NCBI GenBank assembly: GCA_028826165.1
Contig: JAPDFW010000108.1
Span: forward strand, 62,001 to 126,000
Source: Anaeramoeba ignava BMAN
Lineage: Eukaryota > Protista > Anaeramoebae
DNA length: 64,000 nucleotides
Reading direction: 5' to 3'
This document shows positions 12,701 to 26,203 of the stretch, piece after piece. The first letter of the stretch is position 1, and each line of letters opens with the position of its first letter. The position numbers and the translations under genes were made by a program. The notes under the pieces are model-generated. The model was not told the origin of the DNA. It was given only the letters and a program-made list of their open reading frames with translations, and made no database searches.

Positions 12701-15700
12701 AACTTTCCAAATATCCGAATCATGGGTTTTGGATATAGAATTGATTAAAGATGCTTATAATATTTGTAAGAAAATAAGAAAAAGCAAAATAACTTTTTCC
12801 TTGTTTTTAATTTTTGAAAATTTGGAATTAAGATGGAACAAATATTTTATTATGTTTAAGTGATGAAAGATTATATTATTGGCACTTACCAAGTCATAAC
12901 GAAGTAACTTTTACAGAAAACTCCAAATCAACTCAAACCTTTTTATTAAAAAGATATCTTCCAGAAAGAAATCAAAATTCAATCGCTTTATCTCCAAATC
13001 AAACATTATTACTTCTTGTTGGAAAAATCAAATTTTATATTTACACTCCAACTCTTAAATATTTATATCATTCACAACCCCTTGAAAGCAAATTAAATGA
13101 TGCTCAAGGAGAATTTTTAGACAATTTTCACTTTATGATTTGGTCGTTGAATTCAGGAAAAATATGGATTTATCGAATTTTTTTTGAAGAATATAATTTA
13201 GAACTAAATCTTTCGATCTATCATTTTATTCAGTTTGGAACGGATAATTCTCATATCGAAATAAGATTTCGTCCAAAAGAAATACAATTTATGGAAGAAA
13301 ATGAAAATGAAAATGGAAATGAAAATGGAAATGGAAATGAAAATGAAAATGAAAATTCGGAATTTGAATTTTCAGTAAAACAAAAAACCAAAGAAATGAA
13401 TAGTAAATTGAGCAATCTTAAATCTTCACAAGAAATTATCCAAAATTTGGATGATTTAGTTTGCACATTCAAAAATAATCACGAAGATTCAAATGAAAAA
13501 ATCATAACAATCAATTCAGATGCGAATAAACTTGAACTTGAAAATATGAAATTTATCGATAACGAAGTTGAATCAAATGATTCCAATTCAAATATATCAA
13601 GCATGAGTAACTCAAATTCAATGGAATTTTCAAACCAAAAAATTATAGATGAAATGGAGTACAGTCACAGCAATAGTTTTGAAGATTCAAATATATCAAG
13701 TATGAGCAATTCAAGCTCAATGGAATTTGCAAACCAAAAATTATTTAATGATGATTTCGAACCCCAAATAAAGGAATTGGATTTATCTTTTAATTCGATG
13801 GAAATTAAAAATCAAAAATTGAGTGATCAAGAAATCAATCTTAAAAATAGTAAATTGAATACTTCGATAAATTCAAACACTCTTCAAATGGAGGCAAAAA
13901 TTCAATTTGTTTCTATGATAAACGAAGTTGAAACAACAGAAACAAAATCGATGGCATGGATCCAATTCAATCAAAAAGAAGAGGAATGTGTCAATAAAAT
14001 ATCTTCAGTAAAAAAATACGAAATATTGTTATCAGATGATTTTTATCAAAAACAAATCGAAAATATCGATCAATTTTCCATTTCAACTGGGATGAAGTTT
14101 GCAAACAATATCCCTAACTTATTATGTTCAGGAAATTCTTTTGGAGAAGTATCACTTTGGAGATTTGTGACTGGAAAAGAAAAACAAGGAAAATTGCAAA
14201 TCATTCCATCTTTTCTGAGCTTGAAATTAGAAACAAAATCAAGTTTAAATGATGGATGGGAAAAATATCCAGATGAAAAAAGAGTGACTTGCAATTATAT
14301 ATTCAATGAATCAAAAGGATTTCCTACAAGAATACTTGAGGGAACTGTTTCTGGGATAATCAATTTAAAATCCATTCCTTATCAGTCCTATGATCCAAAT
14401 CAAAAATCCTTTGTTGGACATGACTCCGAAATCACTGCCTTGCTGATTCCTGATCTAGAGTATTCAGGAGGGAAAAGGATTCTGATCTCTGCATCTCAAG
14501 ATCTAACCATGAGAATTTGGGAAATTGATTCCAAAAAACAAACAACTGTTTTTTATTTGAATTCCGCATCTGTTTTTGCACTATTCCAATTAGATGAAAC
14601 TAAGTTTGATAAAAACGCAAGTGATCATTATTTTTGCGGAGTTGGAATGGATCATAGTGTGTATATTTGTTCATTTGATTCAAATAAAATCAAATTCCGT
14701 TTTGGTCATCCACAAAGAATACAGAGAATATTTTGGAATACTTCACTCCAATATTTCGCTGTTCAGTGTTTTGATGATGTGATTTATCTATGGAGCTTGA
14801 AGCATGGTTGTATTGAAAGAGTACTCACTGGAGAGCTTGCTGAGCAGTATCTCCTTGTTTTGGAGAAGGATTATTTTCAATATGAAGTTGGGTTAAGGAA
14901 AAAATTTCCGAATCAACAAAAAACAACAGGGATTTTCACATACATGAATCCAAATTCTTTGTCAATAAGTGGAGTTCTTCTTGATATTCCCAAGGTTATT
15001 GAGTATTATAAGAATGCGACTATTGAGAATGATTTTGTAAATATTTTAAATATTTTAAATATTTTAAATATTTTATATTGATTTAATTGATTTAATTGAT
15101 TTAATTGATTTTATATATTTTAGAATTTCTCATCCTTGATTCCTTTGCACTACTTATCTTGCGCATTCCCGCAAAAATTATCAATTAAACTTGATAATCT
15201 TATGTATGATGATTTGGGAATTCCAGAAGAAAGAGCAGAAAACTCTTTCGGGATTCTTGGAGATTCAGGAGCACTTTCATTAATAGTACCAAAACAAACA
15301 AAACAATGGATCGAATGGGATATATCAAGAATAGCAACAGCAACAACTATGCTTGCCTCAGTATCAATAGGAACAGCACTTGCAAATTCCCGTCACAATT
15401 ATTTGCAGAAAATTGGCAAGGAATTAATAAGTCATTTCCAAGATATTATCCCGATCCAATTAGATCATTTCAAATTTCCTAGTCTCCACACATTGTGTCA
15501 ATTTTCTCAAGAATCAAACCAAGAAATCAGTCAATCTGCACAGAAAATTCTCAGTAATTGCTTAGCTCAGTTGGAAATGCCGAAACTGAAGGCTTTGGCT
15601 CATAATTGGGAACTTCGAGCTGAAAAAACAGTTTCAAATCAATATAGATCTGACAGCTATCTGATCTTAGCTTATATTGGAGTGGCAAATCCTGAAGCAC

Positions 15701-16572
15701 TTAGTGATCTTGCAGCAAAAATGGTTTTGAACAATCTTCTCAATTCGCTGAGAAATAACGATTCCAGTTTGAGTTTGTCAATGGAGCTTTTGGGATCTGG
15801 GTTTTCTCTCTGGAAACGTTATGTTGAAGATCCACGTTCTGTTATTCATCAGTTACTTTTTTTCACACGCAATTCGGAAATCGATCTTCAAGACACGTTG
15901 AAAACAACTCTTTTCCAGATTGGAAGAACTGATCCAGGAACGTTTCTTGCCTCGATTCGCTCCCAGCTCCTTGATCCACAGTGTCCTGTGAAAACAAAGT
16001 ATCTTGCTATTTCTGTGATTCATTCGCTGTTTCAAGTTTTTATGGGAAATTTTTTGGATCATCTTCTGGAACTTGCTCAAGTTTTTATCATTTTGCTTTT
16101 CTCTCCTGATTGGAATCAAGATCCAATTTTCCAAATCAACACATCAACCGCTTTTAATCATATTGTGTCTTATTTGCCAATGGTTGACTATAATTACAAA
16201 TCAAATATACTTGCTGTTGGTTGTAAATCGGGAGACTTGGTTATTTTTGCTCTTGATAAACAGACAAAAATCAAAATTCAAGGTCATAAAGGTGTTATTT
16301 CTGCTCTGAAATTCAGTCCTTCTTCTCGTCATCTTGCTTCTTTTTCTTTGAGAAGTTGTTCTGTTAAAGTTTGGAAAATTTCTTTTCCGATTTTTAGTTC
16401 AAAACATTTGAAAATTCAACCTCTCAAAAGATTTCCTATTGATAAATCTTTGATTGTTAAACAAGAAGATCCATTGTATTATTTGAAATATGTTTCTTTG
16501 ACTTGGTTATCAAAAAAATTATTAAGATTGTCACTTGGTTTACAAAAGAAGATTGAATTTGAAGTCAAATGA
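9752..16572 (+). CDS. WDR7: WDR7/WDR72 (Rabconnectin-3 beta)-like WD40 protein
   Basis: LFAHNSEITSL...AS|VSIDGTLCIWN across the 10008-12513 intron; GHDSEITAL...SASQDLTMRIW; C-term LPMVDY...LAVGCKSG...IQGHKGVISALKFSPSSRHLASFS. Confidence 0.8.
10008..12513 (+). repeat. 2.5-kb first intron of WDR7 made of an 11-bp satellite (AAATTTGATTT)n
   Basis: GT at 10008 and AG at 12512-12513; the join G|TC gives in-frame Val within a WD40 repeat. Confidence 0.92.
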
Positions 16573-16921
16573 ATTTTGATTTAAAATTAAAATTAAAATT
16601 AAAATTTTTTCTTCTTTTTCCTTTTTAAAAAAAATAAGATTAAAATAGATAAAATAAAAAATATAATGAAAATTTGTTAATTTTTGTGCTTGATTTCTTG
16701 TTTTTGTAAAAATTCTTCTTGGATTAATTATCATAAAAAAAAAAAATATAATCCAAAAACACAAACACAAAGAAGATAAAGAAGAAGATTGAGAAAAAAA
16801 AAAAGTAAGTAATTAAGTAAGTAAGTAATTAAGAAAGGAATTTCGAAAAAGTAAAGTAAAGTAAAAAAAGAAAGAAAGAAAAAAGAAGATCATTTTGGAA
16901 AAAAAAAATTGTGAAAGAAAA

Positions 16922-19900
16922 TTAAAGGAAATAGAGTTTGTCATGTAAATGAGAATGAACTTCTTGATGAATAGATTGACCAACAAGAAATGATAACTTA
17001 TGAGCATATTGACAAACAGCAGGCACTCTAACAGGGCCTGGCCAATTGTAATAAAGATGACATAATTTGAATGTGATCTGTTGAAGAATATCGCCTGGAA
17101 TTTTTGAGTCATCATAAAGACATTGGAAATGAGTTGGAGTTGCACTTCCTTGGTTAACAAATTGAGGAATCATGAAGAAAATCAAATCTATTTGGAGTAG
17201 TAATATCTAGATCTACAACTGTTCCTGGTTGTGGGTTTTTATATGTGCCATTTTTTGCCTCGAAAATTCTTGTTTTGATACGTTTTTGAACCACAACAAA
17301 TGTTACATTGGGTCGTTGATAAGAATCGGGTGTTTTTTTGAAAGCTTCAAAAATAGCCGGAATTTCATTCTCAATTACATATTGCATTTGTGAATCACCA
17401 ACTCCATCTCTGAAAACCATTATATGTTTGGGTGCAACTTTGTCGTTTTTTAATCGGTACATTTTGATTCCTTCGAAAAAGAATGATGCTAAGTTGTTAA
17501 CTAATTCTTCTTTTGTTTTTTGCATAATAACTCGACTGTAGAAGTTGGTACAGTTATGATTTGTTGATGATACAAATCCTGCTACTGATTGACTTCTTTT
17601 GTATGGATCATGGCATACATCAAGTCCGCAAAACATGATTTCTTTGTTTTTTGGGAGTTCAATTCCCCATAAAGATCCACCAGCTTTGCAATTAATCTAG
17701 ATTATTAAATTTTATTTTTGAATTTATTTTTAAATTTATTTTTAAATTTATTTTTGAATTTATTTTGAATTTATTTTTAAATTTATTTTTAAATTTATTT
17801 TTAAATTTATTTTTAAATTTATTTTTAAATTTATTTTTAAATTTATTTTAAATTTATTTTGAATTTATTTTAAATTTATTTTTAAATTTATTTTAAATTT
17901 ATTTTAAATTTATTTTAAATTTATTTTGAATTTATTTTTAAATTTTTTATTAAATTTATTTTGAATTTATTTTTAATTTATTTTAATTTTATTTTGAATT
18001 TTTAAATTTCATGTTTTTAAATTTATTTTGAATTTATTTTGAATTTATTTTGAATTTATTTTGAATTTATTTTGAATTTATTTTTAAATTTATTTTAATT
18101 TCATGTTTTTGAAAAAAAAAATATAACTAACCTGCATCACAATCTTAGTGCAAATTGACATTAATTTTGGACTTCTTCGGAGATTATTAGCAAGAATACA
18201 TTGTGAAACAACTGGTTTATGAAGTGTGATAATTTGCTTAATTGCATCATATTTACTTTTTTGTTGTCGAGGAAGAACACAAATAACTAAACTATACTCA
18301 GGTGTTAATTTTTCAAGTTGCTCAAGATAATTTTTAGCTTCAGGATATCTAACAGAATTAAGATCAACTTTGTTTGGATCAAATTCAATTCCCATTCTTT
18401 GACCAACCTTTTTAAATAAAAAGTATAAATATATACATTTAATTTTTAATTTTTATATTTTAATTTTTAATTTTTAATTTATTTTTTTTGAGTTAAATTA
18501 CATCAATTAACGCATTTAAAAATCCATCAATATCTCGATCAATACTTTGTGGATAAACAATCATCCAACGATTAAAAGTTTGAGGAGAAATTACAGTAGC
18601 TTGTTTTAAAAGACCATCCCAACTTGGTCTTTCTCCATCATGAACTTTATTTTTGAAAAAAACTTTGATTGGATCTAAAATTCTTCCTTCAACTCTTACA
18701 ACATTTGGATCAATTCTCATTCCCCATTCATCCATAATCTAATTAAAAAAATAAATATAAAAATAAATATAAAAATAAATATAAAAATAATCAAAAAATA
18801 TTTTTTTTCCAAATGATACTTTTCTTGCTTTTTCATTCTTCAAAATTGTTTGAACAAATTCTTTAAGTCTTGAGCATCTTTCATCAGGAGAAATATGAAG
18901 ATGTTTACTTAAACTCTGCATTAATTTTCGATCTTCTCTCATTGAATTAGTTCTGTTTGTTTTTTTATTTTTGAAAACGATTTAAAATTATATAAAAAAA
19001 ATTGTTTTTTAATTCCAAAAATAAATACAATCCAGTCATTGAACATAATTCAGGAATTAAATAAATTTCTTCTCTTATTGGTCTTCCTGTTGAATCTTTT
19101 TTTTTTCTTTCAACAACAAGAAGAGGTTGATCAGGATCTGCGATATTCTTATGATATTGATTTGCATAATAATCTTTAAGAGTAATTTTTGTTCCTTTGC
19201 GAGCATCTTCAAATGAGAACATTGGAGATTTACTAAATATTTTTTAATATTTTTAATATATTTTTAAATATTTAATATTTTTATATATATTTTTATATAT
19301 ATTTCATGTTTTAATATTTTAATATTTCATGTTTTAATATATTTTTTATATATATTTTTATATATATTTTTATATATATTTTTTAAATATTTAATATTTT
19401 TATATTTCATGTTTTAATATTTTTATATATATTTTTATATATATTTTTATATATATTTTTATATATATTTTTATATATATTTTTATATATATTTTTTAAA
19501 TATTTAATATTTTTATATTTCATGTTTTAATATTTCATGTTTTAATATATTTTTATATATTTTTATATATTTATATTTTTATATTTTTATATTTCATATT
19601 TTATATTTTTCATATTTTTAAGCATTTTTTTATATATTTTTATATATTTTTATATTTTTTTTTGCTAACCTGAAATCAACAGATGTAACAGAATAATATT
19701 TGTTGTTATAAATAGTCATGACAACAGAATTAGAAACCTCTTCAACAATACGTTGTTGAATTGCAGGATTACTATAATCGATTCTTGAAGGAGAACGACG
19801 ATCACGATCATATCCTCCACCGCGTCTATCAGACATGAAACTAACAACCATTTTGATTTGATCAAGGACAGTATCTTGTCTAACAACTTTGTGAATCAAA

Positions 19901-20992
19901 TCCAAATTTAGTGATAATCCTTTCTTTGTTTTGTAAATTGCGTGAAAAAATCCATGCCAAAGTTCAAAATGAAATTGATCGTTTCGAACAGGATTTCGAT
20001 TATCATAATAATTCCTTCGAATTTGTTGGAAATCAAGACAATTCATTACTCTTCCAAAAATAATATTGTAAAGTTGTTCAAATGGTTGAAGATCATTATC
20101 ATCTGAAGATAACACTTTAGTAAGTTTTATGATCACCTATTAAAAATTAATAAAAGTTTATTATTTTATTATTTTATTATTTTAATTATTTTATTATTTT
20201 ATTATTTTATTATTTTATTATTTTATTATTTTATTATTTTATTATTTTATTATTTTATTATTTTATTATTTTATTATTTTATTATATTATTTTTATTATT
20301 ATTATTATTATTTTATTATTTTATTATTTTATTATTTTATTATTTTATTATTTTATTATTTTATTATTTAATTATTTTATTATTTTATTATTTTATTATT
20401 TAATTATTTTATTATTTAATTATTTTATTATTTTTACTTTCACATTTTTTCTTCGGAATGGCACAACTTTCTCATAATCAGGTATTTTTTGCATCATATA
20501 AAGAATTGAAAAACCATCATAAACAAAAGATCCTTATTTTTATTTTTTTTTTATTTTTATTTTAATTTTTATTTTAATTTTTATTTTAATTTTTATTTTA
20601 TTTTTTAATTTATTAAATAATAGAAAAAAGAAGAAGAATACCTAAATCCTTTTCAATTTGACTGAGTAAAGAAAATCTTGGTCTAATAGCTTGTAAAGGT
20701 TCCTTTTATAAATGAAAGAAATTCAAAAATTAATTTAAATGTTTTTTTTTTTTTTGTTTTTTTTTTGTTTATTTTGTTTTTTTTTTAAATTTACTTCAAA
20801 CTTAACATCATATTGATAAATTTCTTTGACTCTAATACTAACTGGAAAATAATTGGCAATCATTGGTGTTTTATATCCATTTTGACCCAGTCTTGGTTCA
20901 GGGATATTTTCTTTATTTTATTTTTTTTAAAATTAAAAAATTAAAAATTTTAAAATAAATAAAATTAAAAATAAAAACGTACTTAAATCCAT
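16922..20992 (-). CDS. PIWI: Piwi-clade Argonaute (N, PAZ, MID, PIWI) with intact DEDH tetrad
   Basis: MDLKNIPEPRLG...IANYFPV; PAZ DYYANQY...QPLL...YLIPELC; MID YDAIK...VSQCI; PIWI GLDVCHD, FRDGVGDSQ, HLYYNWPGPVRVPAVCQYAHKL, C-terminal LYFL. One apparent +1 T homopolymer slip near 17178. Confidence 0.93.
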
Positions 20993-21337
20993 TTCAAAAA
21001 ATAACAAAAAAAAAATGAAAAAAAAAATAAAAAAATTTTGCTTTTCTTTTTATTTTTTTCTATATATTATTTTTATTATATATATAATAATATATATATA
21101 TATATAGAAATATTAAAATAAAAACAAAAATAAAAATTTTAAATAAAAAAATTTTCATTTTTTTTTCTTTTTTTTTCTTTTTTGTGTTTTACTTTTTCTA
21201 TTTCTTCAAAAATTTTTTTAAAACAACAACAACAACAACAAATCAATCTAATTTTAGATAAAAGAAAAGAAAAAAAAAAAAACGAAAAAAAACTTTTTAA
21301 ATTGTGCTTTTTTTTTTATCAATTTTAATTATTATCT

Positions 21338-24300
21338 ATGAGTAGCAAAAAACATCCAATTCATTCAATTTCAATAGCTGGTTGAGTTTTATTTAATTTT
21401 AAATTAAAAAAAAAAAACAAAATAATTAATTAATTAATTAATTCTTTAAAACTGATAATTTATTTTTCAATTTATTATTAAATTCTCAATTTAAAAAATC
21501 AAAACAAAATAAATTAAATGAATCGAATTTATTCTTTTTAACAACGATTGTTTTTACAGAGTTTGATATTGATAAAGGAAATACTTTAACTGTTCGTTAT
21601 CCAGATTTTAAATTAAAAAAATATGATTATGAATATTTAGCAAATCTTTCAATTCCAGATGGTGCTCATATTCATCATGAAGATTGGACTTATATACTTC
21701 TTGATATTTCTGATGATGATGGTATTTTTTTTGTTTTATTGTTTATTTTTTTTTTTGCTTTTTTTTTATTTAGATGAAAAGCAAAACGAAATTTCAAATT
21801 TCGAATTTGAATTGAATTAATAAATTGAAATGAATTGAATTAAAAATTGAATTGAATTAAATTAAAAATTGAATTGAATTAAAAATTGAATTAAAACGAA
21901 TTGAATTAAATTAATAAATAGAATTAAATTAATAAATAGAATTAAAATTAATAAATAGAATTAAAAATTAAAAATAAATTGAATTAATAAATTGAATTAA
22001 AAATTGAATTAATAAATTGAAATGAATTGAATTAATAAATAGAATTAAAATTAAAATGAAATGAATTAAATTAATGAATTGAATTAATAAATAGAATTAA
22101 AATTGAAATGAATTGAATTAATAAATTGAAATGAATTAAATTAAAAATTAAAATATAATTGAATTAAATTGAATTAATAAATTGAAATGAATTGAATTAA
22201 AAATTGAATTAAAACGAATTGAATTAAATTAATAAATAGAATTAAATTAATAAATAGAATTAAAATTGAAATGAATTGAATTAATAAATTGAAATAAATT
22301 GAATTAATAAATTAAATTGAAATAAATCGAATTAATAAATTAAAAATAAATTGAATTAATTAAATTAAATTAAATTAAATTAAATTAAATTAAAATTAAA
22401 TTGAATTGAATTAATAAATTGAAATGAATTAAATTAAAATGAATTAAATTAAATTGAATTGAATTTAAATTAAATTGAAAATAAATTGAATTATTAAATT
22501 AAATTAAAATTATTAAATTTAAATATAATTGAATTGAATTAAATTGAATTGAATTAATAAATTAAATTGAATTGAATTGAATTGAATTGAATTGAATTAA
22601 TAAATTAAATTGAATTAATAAATTGAATTAAATTAATAAATTGAATTAAAATATAATTGAATTGAATTGAATTAAAAATTAAAATATAATTGAATTGAAT
22701 TAAATTGAATTAAATTAATAAATTAAATTAATAAATTAAATTAATAAATTAAATTAATAAATTAAAATATAATTGAATTGAATTGAATTGAATTAAATTA
22801 ATAAATTGAATTAATAAATTGAAATTAATTGAATTGAATTAAATTAATAAATTAAATTAATAAATTGAATTAAAAATTAAATTAAAAAATAGCATTCAAA
22901 AAAGAAGATCAAAAAATATTATACGGATTAGGATTATTTCGATGTGTTCACGACGAAACAGTACGACGAGGAGCTATACAAAGATCAATTCTAATATTAA
23001 GCTGGCTTCCCTATTTTTCATTATATTTACCATTATTAAGAGCATGTTTAAATCAATATTTTCCATCACCAAACAAAAAATACATCCAGGCTCTCTACAA
23101 CTCACTAAACGAGAATCTGCTTAAAGAAAATCAGATCAAACTTTGGGGAGAAACATTCCCGTTGAATATCCCAGTTCTTCATTATGACGAAATGGCAGGC
23201 GCTTCACTTGTCGAATTGATCAAAATTTTCAAGATTGATACAATGATTCTTTGGTACGCATTACTGCTACAGAAAAGAATACTCTTTGTCGGAAATAGCG
23301 CGAATTCAGTTGGGAATTGTGTGCTTGCGGCGCCGCTTCTGGTATCTCCAATTTACGGTTATAAAGAAGTGTTGGCACCGTATATTTCACTTATTGACAC
23401 AACCGCTGTTATGAAGCCTCATTTTATTGCTGGAACCACAAATATTATATTTGAAGAAAAGGAGAGTTGGAGTGATTTTCTGGGATCGTTCCAATCAACA
23501 AGCATAATCCAGCACGAGTTTAATATTAAGATCACTGGAGATGATAGAAGACATATACAGAATGTTATAAGTGGAATAAATGATAATAAAGGTGAAGCCT
23601 GGGTCAGACAGCAGTTCAGAGAATATACAGATTCCTTTCTCTATTCTGTTCTTGTGGAGAACCAAAAGGGATCGCATAAGAAATATCTTCCAAATTTTAT
23701 TGACTCTGATCTATTCAAAAAATACTTTGCAGAAGTTGGACATAAAGAGGATACTGACAACATCAAACGTCCTTCAGAAGTAATTGCTATTCTTTTATCT
23801 TGTTTTTATTCATCTTTCTTCTTGTTTTATTCATTATTTTTTTTTCTTTGTTTTATTTACTCTTCTTTTTAATTCCCTTTTTTTCTTTAGTTGATTAATA
23901 ATTTGGAGAATTCTTTTGATCAATTACCTCCATTAGAAAAGACTAAGTTAATTTATAATCTTCATGAAAATCTTGTAAATCTTACTGCTATTGATGAAGC
24001 TTGTAATGCTGATGGTGTTAGAATTGTTTCTGAAAAATTGAAAGAAAAATCTCCACAAATCCGTAAATACTCAACAGCAATTATAGCACAGGTGAATATA
24101 AAAATAAAATTAAATTTAAAATAAAATTTAATATAAAAATTAAAATATAAAATTTATATTAAAATTAAATTTAAATTTAAAATAAAATTAAAATTAAAAA
24201 TTAAAATTTAAAATAAAAAAATAAAATTAAAATTTAAAATTTAATTTAAAATTAAAATTTAAATTTAAAATTAAAATTAAAAATAAAATTAAAATTTAAT

Positions 24301-25755
24301 ATAAAAATTAAAATATAAAATTTATATTAAAAAAAAGATGGCTCTTTGTGTAAAAGGACAAATCGCAATTCTTTCTGGACCAACATTTGAAACAATTTTA
24401 TCTTTATTAAATGATACAATGTCTAATGTTAAAAATGCAGCATGCTATTGTTTAATGAAAATTTCTTCATTGTATATTGGTGCTGTTTATTTAGTTCAAC
24501 ACAACGTTCATTCAACAATTTCACAAATGATTTTTGGAACAACAGATTTAAAATTAAAATCATCAGCAGTTCGAATGCTTGTTAATGTAAATCAAATAAA
24601 ATTTTTACTTTAATTTAAATTAAAAAAATTATTTTAATATAAATAATTTCCATTTCAATTTAAAAGATTTATTCATTCCTTCCAAATACTCTCAGACTAA
24701 ATACACAAGAATTCCAAAAAGAATTCGATTCAAAAGATCCAATTTATATATCAAATCTAATGCTATTATTTGATTTATGGGAACAAAACATACCAAACGA
24801 AGAAGAATTAATATCAAGCAAAATCAAAGAACAAATAGAAGGGTTGAAAAGCGAGTCAATGGAAACAAGAGTATTATCAACAACATACTTACTATCTGAA
24901 CTATCAGCAAATCCAAACTTGGTTCTGGAATTAATTTTAGCAAATGGAATAGAAATTCTGTCAAAAAACGAAAGACAAAATAAATCAGAAGATAAAATAT
25001 CTGCATTGTCATTTGCAGTGCTAGGATTGGCTGCAGATTTCTATCATGGAAGAACACAAATCATCTCACAAAATCTGATTGAGAGAGCAATTAATGGCTT
25101 GAAAAATGAGAGTGATCCTGTTTATCTTTTTCATGTCTCAAGATTTCTTGAAATACTTTCACAACATAAAGAAACATTGCAAATTATAGAACAAAATAAC
25201 GGTCTATCTATCGGAATCAATTTCGTTGTTAAATACGTCGACCAAGCCATGCTGAATAATTTATGCTTCCCAATTTTTGGAATGATCCAATCAATCATTT
25301 TAGAAAACTCAAAAAAAAATATAGATGTTATTCCAGATGTTCTCGCTTTAGAGACACTTTTTATCCATCCCAAAAAGCGTTTTGTTAGTCAACCCTCACA
25401 CGATCATCAAATACAAGAAATGATCGCAACTCTTCTTCGTTTATCGGGATTCGATATGGATTCCGTTATGGAAAAAGCACTAAAAAAAGAAAGTTTCCAA
25501 CAACAATTAACAAAATATCAGCCAGTTGCCCAAAAGAAAACTCACTTTACAAAATATCCTGATTCTTTACTAATTGGTTATACCGAGAGTGAACTTCTTC
25601 CTATGATGAGTGATGAGCGCAAAAAAGAAATTGAGGATTTTATTCAATTAATGCAAACTCCTTTTACTGGTGAAACTGGGTTGGAAAATTCTCAAGAAAT
25701 TCAATTAGATCAAAATGAAGATCTCCAAGAAAAAGATAACCAATCTAATAATTAA
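21338..25755 (+). CDS. Afi1/MesA-like DENN-module protein with C-terminal ARM/HEAT repeats
   Basis: ISIA|EFDIDKGNTLTVRYP...SIPDGAHIHHEDWTY (Afi1-like uDENN); ILWYALLLQKRILFVG...PY...FIAGTTN (DENN core); helical ARM-like C-terminal half. Confidence 0.7.
21800..22890 (+). repeat. (AATTG/AAATT)n satellite in an intron of the DENN-ARM gene
   Basis: About 1.1 kb of pentamer-based low-complexity repeat between coding exons. Confidence 0.9.
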
Positions 25756-26203
25756 TTAATTCTTTTTTTTTTAATTTTTTAATTTCTTTTTTTGGATCAA
25801 ATTTTTTGCTTTTTTAACTTGCTTCTTAAATTCATCACTTTTTTTTTTTTCTTTAAAAATTCGTTCATTCTAAATGATATTTTCCGATTCCTCGTTTAAT
25901 TAATTTTAATAAGAAAATTATATCAACACCGAAAAGAAAAACAAAAACAACAATTAAAAAGAAAATTAAAAAAATGAAAAAGAAAAAGAAAACGAAAAAG
26001 TGGAATGAAAAAGTGGAATGAAAAAATTCTTCTTTTTTTATTTTCTTTCTTTCTCTCTTTTTTTTTCCTTTTTTTTTAATTTTCTTCTTTTTTTTTTTTC
26101 GATGTTGTTAAAGTAATTAAAGAAAATCAAAACAAAAACCAAAACAAAATAATTTGAAATTTGAAATTTTTTTAATGAATCAATCAATTCAAAAGGATTG
26201 GAT

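Noticed and set aside
17165-17190. Frameshift in the Piwi PIWI domain (programmed frameshift or pseudogene?)
   Set aside because: One extra base in a short homopolymer; removing it restores FDFFMIPQ. Similar slips occur in other genes, so sequencing error is more likely.
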